Below are positions 29,627 through 40,088 of a DNA stretch of 64,000 bases, one piece after another (positions within the stretch are counted from its first letter, which is position 1; every line of letters starts with the position of its first letter). Where the stretch lies: positions 1,568,001 through 1,632,000 of the forward strand of contig OZ219787.1 of assembly GCA_964291285.2 (NCBI GenBank). Reading direction: 5' to 3'. The notes under the pieces were generated by a model. It had not been told where the DNA came from. It was given only the letters and a program-made list of their open reading frames with translations, and made no database searches. The stretch is from Alphaproteobacteria bacterium. Lineage in GTDB: Bacteria > Pseudomonadota > Alphaproteobacteria > Bin95. Made by a program: the position numbers and the translations under genes.

Positions 29627-30988
29627 ATGGCGGCGGCGGTAGAGGCGCAAGACGCGATAGAAGACCGCCGCGAGCTCGTGGAATGGTTCGAGCAGGGCTG
29701 CAAGCCGCCGGAGGACTGGCGCTGCGGGACCGAGCACGAGAAATTCGTCTTCAGGCGGTCCGACCTCTCGCGCCCCGGCTATGACGGTCCCGACGGCATC
29801 GGCGAGCTGCTGCGCAGGCTGGAAGCCTTCGGCTGGCAGCCCAAACGGGAGGCCGGCAACACCATCGCGCTCGCCATGGACAGGGCGAGCATCACGCTGG
29901 AGCCGGGGGGCCAGTTCGAGCTTTCCGGGGCGCCGCTGGAAACCGTCCACCAGACCTGCGACGAGGTGCATGACCATCTCGACCAGTGCCGGCAGGTCGG
30001 CGACGCGATGGGGCTCGGCTTCGTCGGCCTCGGCTTCGACCCGAAATGGCGCCGGGAGGACATTCCCTGGATGCCGAAGGGCCGCTACGCGGTGATGCGC
30101 CGCTACATGCCCACGGTCGGCTCGCTCGGCCTCGACATGATGCTCCGCACCTGCACCGTGCAGGTGAACCTCGACTATGCCGACGAGGCCGACATGGTGG
30201 ACAAGTTCCGCCTGTCGCTGGCCCTGCAGCCGCTGACGACGGTGCTGTTTGCCGATTCGCCCTTCAGGGAGGGCGCGCTGACGGACTGGCTGAGCCTGCG
30301 CTCGCATGTGTGGACCGATACCGACCCGGACCGCTGCGGCATGCTGGGATTCGTCTTCGAGGACGGTTTCGGGTTCGAGCGCTACGCGGAATATTGCCTC
30401 GATGTGCCGATGTATTTCGTCTATCGGGACGGGCGCTATATCGACGTGGCGGGCCGGTCATTCCGCGATTTCCTCGAAGGGCGGCTGCCGGAACTGCCCG
30501 GCGAGCGCCCGCATATCGGCGACTGGGAGGACCATGTGACAACCGCCTTCCCGGAAGTGCGGATGAAGCGCTACCTGGAGCTGCGCGGCGCGGACGGCGG
30601 GCCGTGGGGACGCCTTTGCGGCCTGCCGGCGCTCTGGATCGGGCTGCTTTACGACGGCGCGGCGCGGGCCGCGGGCTGGGACCTCTGCAAGCACTGGACC
30701 GACGAGGAACGGGAACGCCTGCGCGCAGACGCGCCGCGCCTCGGCTTTGCGGCAGAGGCGGGGGGCCGGCCGCTCCGCGACATCGCGAAGGACATGGTCG
30801 CCATCGCCCGGCAGGGGCTGAAGGCGCGCGCGCGGCTCGACGGCGGCGGCAATGACGAGACCGGCTTCCTCTCCGACCTCGAGGAGATCGCGGAAAGCGG
30901 CGTTACCGCCGCCGAACGCAAGCGCGCGCTGTTCGAGGGCCGCTGGGGCGGCAGGGTCGATCCCGTGTTCGAGGAGTTCGCATATTGA
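29627..30988 (+). CDS. gshA: Glutamate-cysteine ligase
   Basis: GTEHEKF, LEPGGQFELSGAP, MPKGRY, TCTVQVNLD, FPEVR. Confidence 0.94.
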   Translation: MAAAVEAQDAIEDRRELVEWFEQGCKPPEDWRCGTEHEKFVFRRSDLSRPGYDGPDGIGELLRRLEAFGWQPKREAGNTIALAMDRASITLEPGGQFELSGAPLETVHQTCDEVHDHLDQCRQVGDAMGLGFVGLGFDPKWRREDIPWMPKGRYAVMRRYMPTVGSLGLDMMLRTCTVQVNLDYADEADMVDKFRLSLALQPLTTVLFADSPFREGALTDWLSLRSHVWTDTDPDRCGMLGFVFEDGFGFERYAEYCLDVPMYFVYRDGRYIDVAGRSFRDFLEGRLPELPGERPHIGDWEDHVTTAFPEVRMKRYLELRGADGGPWGRLCGLPALWIGLLYDGAARAAGWDLCKHWTDEERERLRADAPRLGFAAEAGGRPLRDIAKDMVAIARQGLKARARLDGGGNDETGFLSDLEEIAESGVTAAERKRALFEGRWGGRVDPVFEEFAY

Positions 30989-31158
30989 CCGACGATGCGC
31001 GCGCGAAGGCCGCCGGCCTCGACCATCTCGCCGTCGAGGACAAGGCCGCCCTCGACGCCGGCACGAAGCTGGCCGACGAGCTGGCCGCCGCGCTGCCGCG
31101 CGACCACCACATGTATGAGGAGCCGGCGCTCACCTGGCGCCCGGAGCCCGGCCGGTGA
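30985..31158 (+). CDS. Small 57-aa protein preceding amidase (GatC/AtzG-like accessory subunit candidate)
   Basis: TTG start overlapping gshA stop, GAGGAG RBS, stop overlapping amidase GTG; MTDDARAKAAGL...EEPALTW. Confidence 0.6.
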   Translation: MTDDARAKAAGLDHLAVEDKAALDAGTKLADELAAALPRDHHMYEEPALTWRPEPGR

Positions 31159-32534
31159 CGGCGCTCCACTGGCTGACGCTCGCCGAGGCGGCGCGGGCGC
31201 TCCGCCGGCGGGAGCTTTCGGCGCTCGAATATACCGAGGCGCTGCTGGCGCGCATCGAGGCGGTCAATCCGAAGCTCGACGCCTTCGTCGCCCTGCTGGC
31301 CGACCGCGCCCGCGAGCGCGCCGCCGCGCTGGACAACGGCCCGGTGCGCGGCGCGCTGCACGGCGTGCCCTTCGGCCTCAAGGACATCATCGACGTGGCG
31401 GGCGTTCCGACCACGGCGCATTCGGCGGTGCTGAAGGACAATGTCGCGGCGAAGGACGCCGGCGTGACGCGGCGCCTCGAAGCCGCGGCCGGCGTGCTGC
31501 TCGGCAAGCTCTCGACGCATGAGTTCGCCATCGGCGGTCCGAGCTTCGACCTGCCCTGGCCGCCGGCGCGCAATCCCTGGAACACGGACTGCCATCCGGG
31601 CGGCTCGTCCTCGGGCTCCGGGGCCGGCGTGGCGGCGGGGCTGTTCCCGCTGGCGCTCGGCACGGACACGGGCGGCTCGGTGCGCAACCCGGCGTCCTGC
31701 TGCGGCATTGTCGGCATGAAGGCCACCTACGGGCGGGTGAGCCGGGCGGGCGTGGTGCCGCTCTCCTGGTCGATGGACCATATCGGCCCGATGACGCGCA
31801 CGGTCGGGGACAATGCGCTGGCGCTGGAAGTGCTGGCCGGCCACGACCCCGAGGACCCGGCGAGCGCGGATGAGCCGGTGCCCTCCTACACCGCCGGGCT
31901 GGAGGGCGGCGTCAGGGGCATGAAGATCGGCATCGTGCGCCGCTGGCACGAGGAGGACATGCCCGCCGCGCCGGAGATGCGCGCGGCCATCGACGAGGCC
32001 GCCCGCGTGCTGGAAGGCGAGGGCGCGGAGATCGTCGAGGTCGATCCGGGTCCGCTCCAGGACTATTCGCGCGTCAACCGCATCATCCTCTGGGCGGAGG
32101 CCTGGTCGATCCACGAGCAATGGCTGAAGGAGAAGCCCGAAGCCTACGGACGGCTCGGCCGCGAACGGCTGATCGCGGGCGCCTATCTCTCGGCGGGGGA
32201 CTATCTCCGCGCGCTCCGGGAGCGGGGCCGCTGCACCCGGCGCATGTCGGAGGCGCTGGCCGGCGTGGACGCGCTCATCTGCGCGTCGAGCATGGAGCCC
32301 GCCTGCGCCATCGAGGACGAGCCGGAAGTGCTGCGCACCTACTCTCGCCAGGCCCGCCAGCCCTTCAACGTCACCGGCCATCCGGCGCTCGCCGTGCCGG
32401 CCGGATTCTCGTCCGCCGGCCTGCCGCTCTCGTTCCAGGTCGCGGGCCGGAACTTCGACGAGGCCACGATCTACCGCGCCGCCCGCGCCTATGAGCGCGC
32501 GACCGGCTGGACGGACCGCCATCCGGACCTCTGA
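31155..32534 (+). CDS. Amidase signature family protein
   Basis: GGSSSGS, GTDTGGSVRNPAS. Confidence 0.92.
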   Translation: MTALHWLTLAEAARALRRRELSALEYTEALLARIEAVNPKLDAFVALLADRARERAAALDNGPVRGALHGVPFGLKDIIDVAGVPTTAHSAVLKDNVAAKDAGVTRRLEAAAGVLLGKLSTHEFAIGGPSFDLPWPPARNPWNTDCHPGGSSSGSGAGVAAGLFPLALGTDTGGSVRNPASCCGIVGMKATYGRVSRAGVVPLSWSMDHIGPMTRTVGDNALALEVLAGHDPEDPASADEPVPSYTAGLEGGVRGMKIGIVRRWHEEDMPAAPEMRAAIDEAARVLEGEGAEIVEVDPGPLQDYSRVNRIILWAEAWSIHEQWLKEKPEAYGRLGRERLIAGAYLSAGDYLRALRERGRCTRRMSEALAGVDALICASSMEPACAIEDEPEVLRTYSRQARQPFNVTGHPALAVPAGFSSAGLPLSFQVAGRNFDEATIYRAARAYERATGWTDRHPDL

Positions 32535-32578
32535 CCCCGGAAGGCGGGAGGGCGGCGCCGCACAAGGAGGACGGACCC

Positions 32579-33184
32579 ATGGAGGCGCTGCTGGTGGTGG
32601 ATGTGCAGAACGATTTCTGCACGGGCGGAGCCTTGGCCGTGCCGGGCGGCGAGGCGGTGGTGCCCGGCATCAACCGGCTCTGGGAGGGCTATGCCTGCAA
32701 GGTGCTGACCCAGGACTGGCACCCGCCGGGCCATGCCTCCTTCGCCAGCAGCCATGAGGGCAAGCAGCCTTTCGACACAGGCATGCTGGACTATGGCGAG
32801 CAGGTGCTCTGGCCGGACCATTGCGTGCAGGGCACGCCCGGCGCGGCGTTCCACCCGGAGCTGCGCACCGACGGCGCCGACCTCGTGCTGCGCAAGGGCT
32901 TCCGCCCCGGCATCGACAGCTATTCGGCCTTCTTCGAGAACGACCGCACGACCCCGACGGGCCTCGCCGGCTATCTGCGCGAGCGCGGGGTGGAGCGGGT
33001 CCTGCTGACGGGGCTGGCGACGGATTTCTGCGTCGGCTTCTCGGCGCTCGACGCGCTCGCGTCCGGCTTCGAGACGGTCGTGCTGGAAGACCTCTGCCGG
33101 GGCCTTGACATGGAAGGCTCGCTCGCCCGGATGCTGGACGATATCCGCTCGAAGGGCGGGCGCATCGGGAGCGGTCTCGCCTGA
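32579..33184 (+). CDS. pncA: Nicotinamidase/pyrazinamidase
   Basis: DVQNDF, TQDWHP, WPDHCVQG, DSYSAFFEN, ATDFCV. Confidence 0.94.
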   Translation: MEALLVVDVQNDFCTGGALAVPGGEAVVPGINRLWEGYACKVLTQDWHPPGHASFASSHEGKQPFDTGMLDYGEQVLWPDHCVQGTPGAAFHPELRTDGADLVLRKGFRPGIDSYSAFFENDRTTPTGLAGYLRERGVERVLLTGLATDFCVGFSALDALASGFETVVLEDLCRGLDMEGSLARMLDDIRSKGGRIGSGLA

Positions 33185-33251
33185 CGCATTGCCAAAGCCC
33201 CGCCGCATCCCAATCTGTTAGGGGACGGCGGCGGACCGGGCGGGAGGATTC

Positions 33252-34238
33252 ATGCGCGCGTTGATCGAGCGGGGTGCGGGCTGGCTGACGACGGCGCGCG
33301 ACCGGCTGCAAATGCACGACTGGCGCGGGCCCCGGCCTTGGCTCCGCTGGACCCTCATCGGCGTCCTGCTGGTCCTGCTGCTCTGGTATCCGCTCGGCAT
33401 GGCGGTCTATACGCATATCGACGACGACACGGGCTTCGAGCCGAGGCCCACCGCCTGGGACGCCGGCGGCTCCAAGGCGGTGGCAACGGCGGCGGCCCTG
33501 GTCGAGCGCGAGATCGAGCGCTGGGCGCCCAACAAGCCCTTCTGGCACCCGGCGGCGGCGCTCGACAACATGCCGAACTACCAGCTGGGCCTGATGTATG
33601 CCGTCTCGCGCTTCGCCATCGAGATGGGCGACCAGCTGGGCCGGACGCGCGGGTCGAGCGCCATCGACGAGGACCTCGACCGGGCCGCCGGCCTGCTGAA
33701 ATACGATGGGCGCATCTGGTACTGGGGCTCGGGCGGCCTGCTGCCGGTGGCGCCGGCGCAGCAGCAATACCGCAACGCCGCCGAGGCGCTCGCCCGTTAC
33801 AATGACCGCCTTGCGAACGGCGAGGCGACCTACGACCGCCGCGCCGACAACCTGATCGCCCTGCTCGACCGGGTGGGCGCGGACCTGGGCGCCTCCAGCG
33901 CCGCCCTCGACAAGCGAGCATTGGAGACCAATGCCGGCTGGTTCGACACCATCGCCGACGACCTCCTGTTCAACGTCAAGGGCCGGCTCTACGCCTACTA
34001 CCTGCTGCTGCGCGACATCGGCACGGACTTCGACAAGGCCATCGCCGAGAAGCAGGCGAGCAAGGTCTGGCAGCAGATGCTGGCGAGCCTGCGCCAGGGC
34101 GCGGAACTCTACCCGCCCATCGTTTCCAACGGCTACGAGGACGGCCTGCTCATGCCCTCGCACCTCACCGCGCTGGGCTTCTACCTCCTCCGCGCACGCA
34201 CGCAACTGAAGGAGGTCGCCGACGCGCTGTCGAAGTAG
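33252..34238 (+). CDS. DUF2333-family protein
   Basis: N-terminal TM, LDNMPNYQLG, GRTRGSS, RRADNL, PSHL. Confidence 0.75.
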   Translation: MRALIERGAGWLTTARDRLQMHDWRGPRPWLRWTLIGVLLVLLLWYPLGMAVYTHIDDDTGFEPRPTAWDAGGSKAVATAAALVEREIERWAPNKPFWHPAAALDNMPNYQLGLMYAVSRFAIEMGDQLGRTRGSSAIDEDLDRAAGLLKYDGRIWYWGSGGLLPVAPAQQQYRNAAEALARYNDRLANGEATYDRRADNLIALLDRVGADLGASSAALDKRALETNAGWFDTIADDLLFNVKGRLYAYYLLLRDIGTDFDKAIAEKQASKVWQQMLASLRQGAELYPPIVSNGYEDGLLMPSHLTALGFYLLRARTQLKEVADALSK

Positions 34239-34320
34239 GGTCGCTGTCGGTTGCATTTCTTTCCCGGACCGTTCCGGGCTACACTGCGTTCGCAATCGAT
34301 CCGCCGGAGAGAAACCGGAG

Positions 34321-34896
34321 ATGCCCGGAACCGCTTCCGCCCGTTCGCATCGACGTCGCCCGGCGACTTACCGCGATGTGCTGGATGCGCCGCCGCACAA
34401 GGTCGCCGAGGTCATTGCCGGCGAGCTTTATCTTCACCCGCGTCCGGCGTCCCTCCATGCCCTCGCATGTTCGCGTCTGGGCGGACTTCTCGACGGTCCG
34501 TTCGGTTTCGGCCGGGGCGGTCCTGGCGGATGGTGGATCATCGACGAGCCCGAACTCCATCTCGGCGACGATATTCTCGTTCCCGATCTTGCCGGCTGGC
34601 GCAGGACCACGATGCCGGACTATCCCGATGCGCCCTACTTCACGATTGCGCCGAACTGGGTTTGCGAGGTGCTGTCGCCATCGACGCGCAGTCTGGACCT
34701 CGGCGGAAAGCGGGACATTTACGCCAGGGAAGGCGTGAAACACCTCTGGTTCGTCGAACCCGTGGGCCGCAGTTTGCAGGCATTCGAACTACGCGATGGA
34801 GACTGGGCGTCCCTCGGTGCAGCCCGCAACGCTGACACAGTGTCGCTCCCGCCCTTCGACGACATAGACTTCCCGCTCGACGCCCTCTGGCCTTGA
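34321..34896 (+). CDS. Uma2-family endonuclease
   Basis: EPELHL, VPDLAGWR, APNWVCEVLSPST. Confidence 0.88.
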   Translation: MPGTASARSHRRRPATYRDVLDAPPHKVAEVIAGELYLHPRPASLHALACSRLGGLLDGPFGFGRGGPGGWWIIDEPELHLGDDILVPDLAGWRRTTMPDYPDAPYFTIAPNWVCEVLSPSTRSLDLGGKRDIYAREGVKHLWFVEPVGRSLQAFELRDGDWASLGAARNADTVSLPPFDDIDFPLDALWP

Positions 34897-34961
34897 GTCT
34901 GCCTTCACCAAATCTTGGTTGCGGGGTCAAGATCGGCCAGGATTCGATACTGCGGACTCGA

Positions 34962-35723
34962 TTAGGTTTTATCGAATTCATCTTCAATTTCATCGAGAAG
35001 GTCACGAAGAGAATCTTCGAATTCACCGGGATTGCTTCCGATTTCGTCGGCGAGATCGTCGATAGAATCATACATTGTGGGCAAGAATATGGTCATCTGG
35101 TATGATTGCCACTCCTTGTTCTTTTTTCTCATATACCAGACGGGGTTATCTTGTCGATATGCAACCATTACACTTCCATTCGTTTTGTACTGGTAGTTGC
35201 CATCGGGATTGAAAGGGTTAGGAAAAAAAGATTCTCCTGCCAGTTCCTTATTGGCTTGGTCAAGGTTACGGGTGAATTTTCTGAAAACTTCAAGCCGATG
35301 CTTGGGGGTGTTGTTCTCCCAGTCTGATATTTCCAGAATGGAGATATTAAAATTATAGGTTTCCCATTTGATGTCGTTCCATTCCATATACCAAACGGGA
35401 TTATCATCTTCATAAACAACTATCACAGTACCATTGGTTTTGAAGTAATCATCTCTATATGGATTTTCTGGATTAGGGATAGGCTCTTTGCAGGCCACCA
35501 ACGCGTCCGCTAACTCCAGCTTTCTTATGAACAGATTAAATAAGCGGAACCGATTCTTGGGCGTCAGATTCTCAACATCGATCTCGGTGACGACAGCATC
35601 GGGGTCGAACCCAGCCTGCTGAACCGAACGTTCAGCTCTCTCAACCATTTCGGTCGCCGACTCTATTCTCTCCTCATCGCACATGGTTTCAGCCTTCTGC
35701 ATTTCGGGCACCCGGTTGCGCAA
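34962..35723 (-). CDS. Low-GC hypothetical protein with two ~85-aa internal repeats
   Basis: Repeats EN.TPK.R...PNP.NP...KTNG.V.V.Y..DNPVWYM...W..Y; start uncertain. Confidence 0.7.
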   Translation of the reverse strand: MRNRVPEMQKAETMCDEERIESATEMVERAERSVQQAGFDPDAVVTEIDVENLTPKNRFRLFNLFIRKLELADALVACKEPIPNPENPYRDDYFKTNGTVIVVYEDDNPVWYMEWNDIKWETYNFNISILEISDWENNTPKHRLEVFRKFTRNLDQANKELAGESFFPNPFNPDGNYQYKTNGSVMVAYRQDNPVWYMRKKNKEWQSYQMTIFLPTMYDSIDDLADEIGSNPGEFEDSLRDLLDEIEDEFDKT

Positions 35724-35763
35724 GCGGTTGAGATTCTTGGGTTGGCGCGATGCGCCGGGCCCC

Positions 35764-36537
35764 CTACCGTGGCGCGAGCCTTATCGCGCCGTCGAGGCGG
35801 ATGGTTTCGCCGTTCATGTAGTCGTTGCGGACGATCTCCATGACGAGGGAGGCGAATTCGCGGTCGCGCCCGGTGCGCTTCGGGAAGGGCACCTGCTTGC
35901 CGAGCAGGTCGAGGGTCGAGTCCGGCAGGCCGGCGAGCAAGGGCGTGTCCATGATGCCGGGCGCGATGGTGCACACGCGCACGCCCCAGGACGCGAGGTC
36001 GCGCGCCGCCGGCAGCGTCATGCCGACGATGCCGGCCTTGGCCGACGCATAGGCGATCTGGCCGATCTGGCCTTCATAGCCCGCGACCGAGGCCGTGTTG
36101 ACGACCACGCCGCGCAGGCCCTCGCCGTTCGCCGGCTCCAGCTTCGCCATGTCCTCGGCAGCCTGCGAGAGCATGTTGAAGGAGCCGAAGAGGCAGATAT
36201 CGACGATGCGCTTGTAGTTCTCGAAGGGGATGCGCCGGCCGTTGCGGTCCACGATGCGCTGGGAGCCGCCGACGCCGGCGCAGTTGATGCAGATGCGCGC
36301 GATGCCGTGCGCCTCGCGGGCGGTTGCGATGGCCGCCCCTACGGCTTCCTCGCTCGTCACGTCGCAGGGCACCGCGAGTGCGCCGACCTCCTGCGCGGTC
36401 TCCTCGGCCAGCTCCGCATTGCGGTCGAGCAGCGCCACCCGCGCGCCCGCTTCCGCGAGCGCCGCCGCCGTTGCGCGCCCGAGACCCGACGCTCCGCCGG
36501 TCACCAGCGCCGCCACACCTGTCACGTCCATGCGCAT
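35764..36537 (-). CDS. SDR-family 3-hydroxyacyl-CoA dehydrogenase (type 2-like)
   Basis: TGGASGLG, NCAG, GQIGQIAYASAK, IRLDGAIRL. Confidence 0.9.
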   Translation of the reverse strand: MRMDVTGVAALVTGGASGLGRATAAALAEAGARVALLDRNAELAEETAQEVGALAVPCDVTSEEAVGAAIATAREAHGIARICINCAGVGGSQRIVDRNGRRIPFENYKRIVDICLFGSFNMLSQAAEDMAKLEPANGEGLRGVVVNTASVAGYEGQIGQIAYASAKAGIVGMTLPAARDLASWGVRVCTIAPGIMDTPLLAGLPDSTLDLLGKQVPFPKRTGRDREFASLVMEIVRNDYMNGETIRLDGAIRLAPR

Positions 36538-36641
36538 GCCCCTCCGCATCCCGATGCGGCGCGCACTCTGCCACAACCGGCTGCTGCTTTCGACGCGCTT
36601 GATTTCCGCGTCCCCTGGTCCATTATGCACCGCTTCCGCGC

Positions 36642-36717
36642 GGCCCCTTCGTCTAGCGGTCCAGGACGCCGGCCTCTCACGCCGGAAACACGGGTTCGAG
36701 TCCCGTAGGGGTCACCA
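36642..36717 (+). tRNA. tRNA-Glu (anticodon CTC)
   Basis: GGCCCCT acceptor stem, CCGGC-CTCTCAC-GCCGG anticodon arm, GTTCGAG T-loop, encoded CCA. Confidence 0.96.
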
Positions 36718-36818
36718 TTGCGCTGATATTTTGACACCGTTCCAAGGAGTTACCCTCCTTCTTTGTCCAGCCGAACCCTTCGGTTGGACGCGGCCCAGCC
36801 GGCTCGACGGAGGAGAGG

Positions 36819-38132
36819 ATGAAACGCCAGCTCCACCTGAACCTGTTCATCTACGCCCGCGGCCACCACGAGGCGGCCTGGCGGCACCCCAGGGCGCCCC
36901 GACGCGAGCTGCTGGACATCGACCATATCGTCGAGTGTGCGCGCAAGGCGGAAGCGGCGCACATGGACTCAGTCTTCCTCGCCGACACGCTGGGGCTGGC
37001 GCCCGACGCGGACCGCACGGCCCGCATGTATCTGGACCCGCTCACCACCCTGGCGGCGACCGCCATGGCGACAAGCCGTATCGGGCTCATCGGCACGGCT
37101 TCGACGACACACTCCGAGCCCTTCAATATCGCGCGCATGTTCGCCTCGCTGGACCACATCAGCCGGGGCCGGGCGGGCTGGAACATCGTGACGTCCTTCA
37201 GCATCGCCGGGGCCAACAATTTCGACAGCAGGGGCCGGCGCCCCCATGCCGATCGGTACGAGCGGGCGGACGAGTTCATGGAGGTCGCCAAGAAGCTGTG
37301 GGACAGCTGGGCGGACGACGCCATCCTGGACGACCGCAATGCCGGCTATTACTACCGCCGCGAACGGGTAAGGCCCATCGACCACCACGGTCCCCACTAC
37401 GACGTGGCGGGGCCCCTGAATATCCCGCGCAGCCCCCAGGGGTGGCCGGTGCTCGTCCAAGCCGGGTCCTCGGACACCGGCAAGACTTTCGCGGCAAGGC
37501 ACGCCGAGGCTGTCTTCACCGCCCACATGACCAAGGCGACCGCCCAGGAGTTCTACAAGGACCTGAAGGCGCGAACGGTGGCCAGCGGACGACCCGCGGA
37601 CCAGTGCCTGATCCTGCCCGGCATCAGCATGGTCATTGCCGGCACCGAAGCCGAGGCGAAGCGAATGGAACGGGAACTCAACGAGATGGCCGACGTCGGG
37701 TCGAGCCTTTCCCGCCTCTCCCAGCGCTTCGACGGACACGACTTCTCGCACATCCCCCTCGACCGCGTGCTCACGGCCCGCGACTTCCCCGACCCGGCGG
37801 AGAACCAGAGTTCGCGCGGCCGCACCGAGCTGATCGTTGGCGCCGTCACCCAGGAGACGCTGACGATGCGCCAGCTGCTGGGGAAGCTGGCCGGCGCGCG
37901 CGGGCACTTCGTCATGGCGGGAACGCCCGAGCAGGTCGCCGACACTATCGAAGAGTGGGTCGATGACGGTGCGGCCGACGGTTTCAACGTCATGCCGCTG
38001 CTTCTCCCGCACATGCTGGACGTGTTCGCCGACGAGGTCGTGCCGATCCTCAAGCGCCGCGGGCGCTTCCGTACGGAGTATGCCGGCGCAACGCTCCGCG
38101 ACCATTACGGCCTGCAGCGACCATCGGCATAG
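36819..38132 (+). CDS. NtaA/DmoA-family FMN-dependent monooxygenase
   Basis: FASLDHISRGRAGWNIVTS, QAGSS, ADGFNVMP, TLRDHYGL. Confidence 0.9.
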   Translation: MKRQLHLNLFIYARGHHEAAWRHPRAPRRELLDIDHIVECARKAEAAHMDSVFLADTLGLAPDADRTARMYLDPLTTLAATAMATSRIGLIGTASTTHSEPFNIARMFASLDHISRGRAGWNIVTSFSIAGANNFDSRGRRPHADRYERADEFMEVAKKLWDSWADDAILDDRNAGYYYRRERVRPIDHHGPHYDVAGPLNIPRSPQGWPVLVQAGSSDTGKTFAARHAEAVFTAHMTKATAQEFYKDLKARTVASGRPADQCLILPGISMVIAGTEAEAKRMERELNEMADVGSSLSRLSQRFDGHDFSHIPLDRVLTARDFPDPAENQSSRGRTELIVGAVTQETLTMRQLLGKLAGARGHFVMAGTPEQVADTIEEWVDDGAADGFNVMPLLLPHMLDVFADEVVPILKRRGRFRTEYAGATLRDHYGLQRPSA

Positions 38133-38225
38133 CCCCTCGGGGCCGGTCCGCCGGGAGCCGGTCCGGACCGATTGGCGACGGCACGAAATGCAGGAGCGGG
38201 CCGAAGCCCGCTCCCGAAAGCGACC

Positions 38226-39215
38226 CTATTTCAGGGCTTCGTCGGTGATTGCGTGGGTCCAGGCGCCTTCCGGAGCCTTGGTGATCACCGGGTCCGAGCC
38301 GCCTTTCAGCAGCGTCTGGACGGTGCGCTCATAGTCGGCGGGGTTCAGCGCGCCGCTGCTGCCGGCGGTCAGCTTCGCGATCTCGCCCATCATGCGCTTC
38401 TGGTGCTTCTCGGTCTGGGCGCCGGTCGCGTCGTTCTCCAACACGATCTCGGCGGCAGCATCCGGGTTCGCCTCGGCCCATTTCCAGCCCTTCATCGAGG
38501 CGCGCACGAAGCGGACCATCTTGCCCTGGAACGCCGCGTCTTCCAGTGCGGACTCGAGCACGTAGATGCCGTCTTCCAGCGTGGCGACGCCCTGGTCCTC
38601 ATATTTGAACACCACAAGGTCGTCGGCCGAGAGACCGGCATCGATGACCTGCCAGTATTCGTTGTAGGTCATGGTCGAGATGCAGGCGGCCTGGCCCTGC
38701 AGGATCGGATCGACATTGAAGCCCTGCTTCAGGACGGTCACGCCTTCGGCGCTGCCGTCGGTCGGGATGCCGAGCTGGCTCATCCAGGACAGGAAGGGAT
38801 ACTCGTTGCCGAAGAACCACACGCCGATGGTCTTGCCCCGGAAGTCCTCCGGCGTCTTGATGCCGGTGTCCTTGCGGCAGGTGAGCATCATGCCGGACCG
38901 CTTGAAGGGCTGGGCGATGTTGACGAGCGGCAGACCCTTCTCGCGGGTGGCGAGCGCCGAGGGCATCCAGTCGAGGATCACGTCCGCGCCGCCGCCGGCC
39001 AGCACCTGGGGAGGCGCGATGTCGGGACCGCCCGCCTTGATTTCGACCTCCAGCCCTTCGTCGGCGTAGAAGCCCTTGTCCGCGGCCACGTAATAGCCGG
39101 CGAACTGGGCCTGCGTGACCCATTTGAGCTGAAGCGTGACCTTGTCGGCGGCCTGGGCAAGGCCGGCCGACAGGGCGAGCATCGCCGCCGCTGCAAAGAT
39201 TGCTGTCCTTCTCAT
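38226..39215 (-). CDS. NMT1-like ABC substrate-binding protein (pyrimidine uptake)
   Basis: LQLKWVTQAQFAGYY; within the hydA cluster. Confidence 0.88.
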   Translation of the reverse strand: MRRTAIFAAAAMLALSAGLAQAADKVTLQLKWVTQAQFAGYYVAADKGFYADEGLEVEIKAGGPDIAPPQVLAGGGADVILDWMPSALATREKGLPLVNIAQPFKRSGMMLTCRKDTGIKTPEDFRGKTIGVWFFGNEYPFLSWMSQLGIPTDGSAEGVTVLKQGFNVDPILQGQAACISTMTYNEYWQVIDAGLSADDLVVFKYEDQGVATLEDGIYVLESALEDAAFQGKMVRFVRASMKGWKWAEANPDAAAEIVLENDATGAQTEKHQKRMMGEIAKLTAGSSGALNPADYERTVQTLLKGGSDPVITKAPEGAWTHAITDEALK

Positions 39216-39251
39216 GTCATTCTCCCTGGCAATGAAGCGTTGCGGTTGCCG

Positions 39252-40088
39252 CTATCCCCGGATCGACGGATGCCAATGGGTGACTGTCCGCTCGACCAGC
39301 GTTACGCAACCATAGAAAGCCGATCCCGCGAAGGCTGCAACCGCAATCTCGGCCCAGACCATGTCGAGCGCCATGCGGCCGATCTCGGTCGAGATGCGGA
39401 AGCCCATCCCCACGATCGGCGTCCCGAAAAACTCTGCAACGATGGCGCCGATGAGCGCAAGGGTGGTGCAGATCTTCAGCCCGTTGAAAATGAAGGGGCC
39501 GGCCGCGGGCAGGCGCAGTTTCCAGAGCGTCTGCCAGTAGCCCGCCGCATAGGTGCGCATCAGGTCCCGCTGCATGGGCTCGGCCATGCGCAGCCCCTCT
39601 ATGGTGTTCACCAGCATCGGGAAGAAGCACATCACCACGACCACGGCGGCCTTGGACTGCCAGTCGAAGCCGAACCACATCACCATGATCGGGGCGATGC
39701 CGACGATGGGCAGGGCCGCGGCGAGGTTGCCCATGGGCAGGAGGCCCCTTTGCAGGAACGGCGAGCGGTCAACGGCAACCGCCATCAGGAACGCCGCTCC
39801 GCACCCCATGACATAGCCGGGCAGCACGGAGCGGATCACCGTCTGCACGAAATCGGCCCAGAGGACCGGCAGGTTGCCGGCGAAAGCCCCGGAGATCGCG
39901 GAGGGCGCTGGCAGGATGACTGCGGGCACACCCAGCCCGCGGACCAGCCCCTCCCAGATCGCCAGCAGCGAAACGCCGAAGATCGCCGGCACCAGCAGGC
40001 GCGTCACCCGGCCTGTCTGCCGCACCAGCAGTATGTTGGCGGCCCATCCGCCAAGCCATGCGGCGATGGCGACCCCGACCCAACTCAT
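39252..40088 (-). CDS. ABC transporter permease
   Basis: PIVGIAPIMVMWFG, LIGAIVAEFFG. Confidence 0.88.
   Translation of the reverse strand: MSWVGVAIAAWLGGWAANILLVRQTGRVTRLLVPAIFGVSLLAIWEGLVRGLGVPAVILPAPSAISGAFAGNLPVLWADFVQTVIRSVLPGYVMGCGAAFLMAVAVDRSPFLQRGLLPMGNLAAALPIVGIAPIMVMWFGFDWQSKAAVVVVMCFFPMLVNTIEGLRMAEPMQRDLMRTYAAGYWQTLWKLRLPAAGPFIFNGLKICTTLALIGAIVAEFFGTPIVGMGFRISTEIGRMALDMVWAEIAVAAFAGSAFYGCVTLVERTVTHWHPSIRG

Noticed and set aside
36642-36717. tRNA-Glu as the integration site for the recombinases
   Set aside because: No duplicated tRNA 3' end was noticed, and both elements have defined junctions inside protein-coding genes
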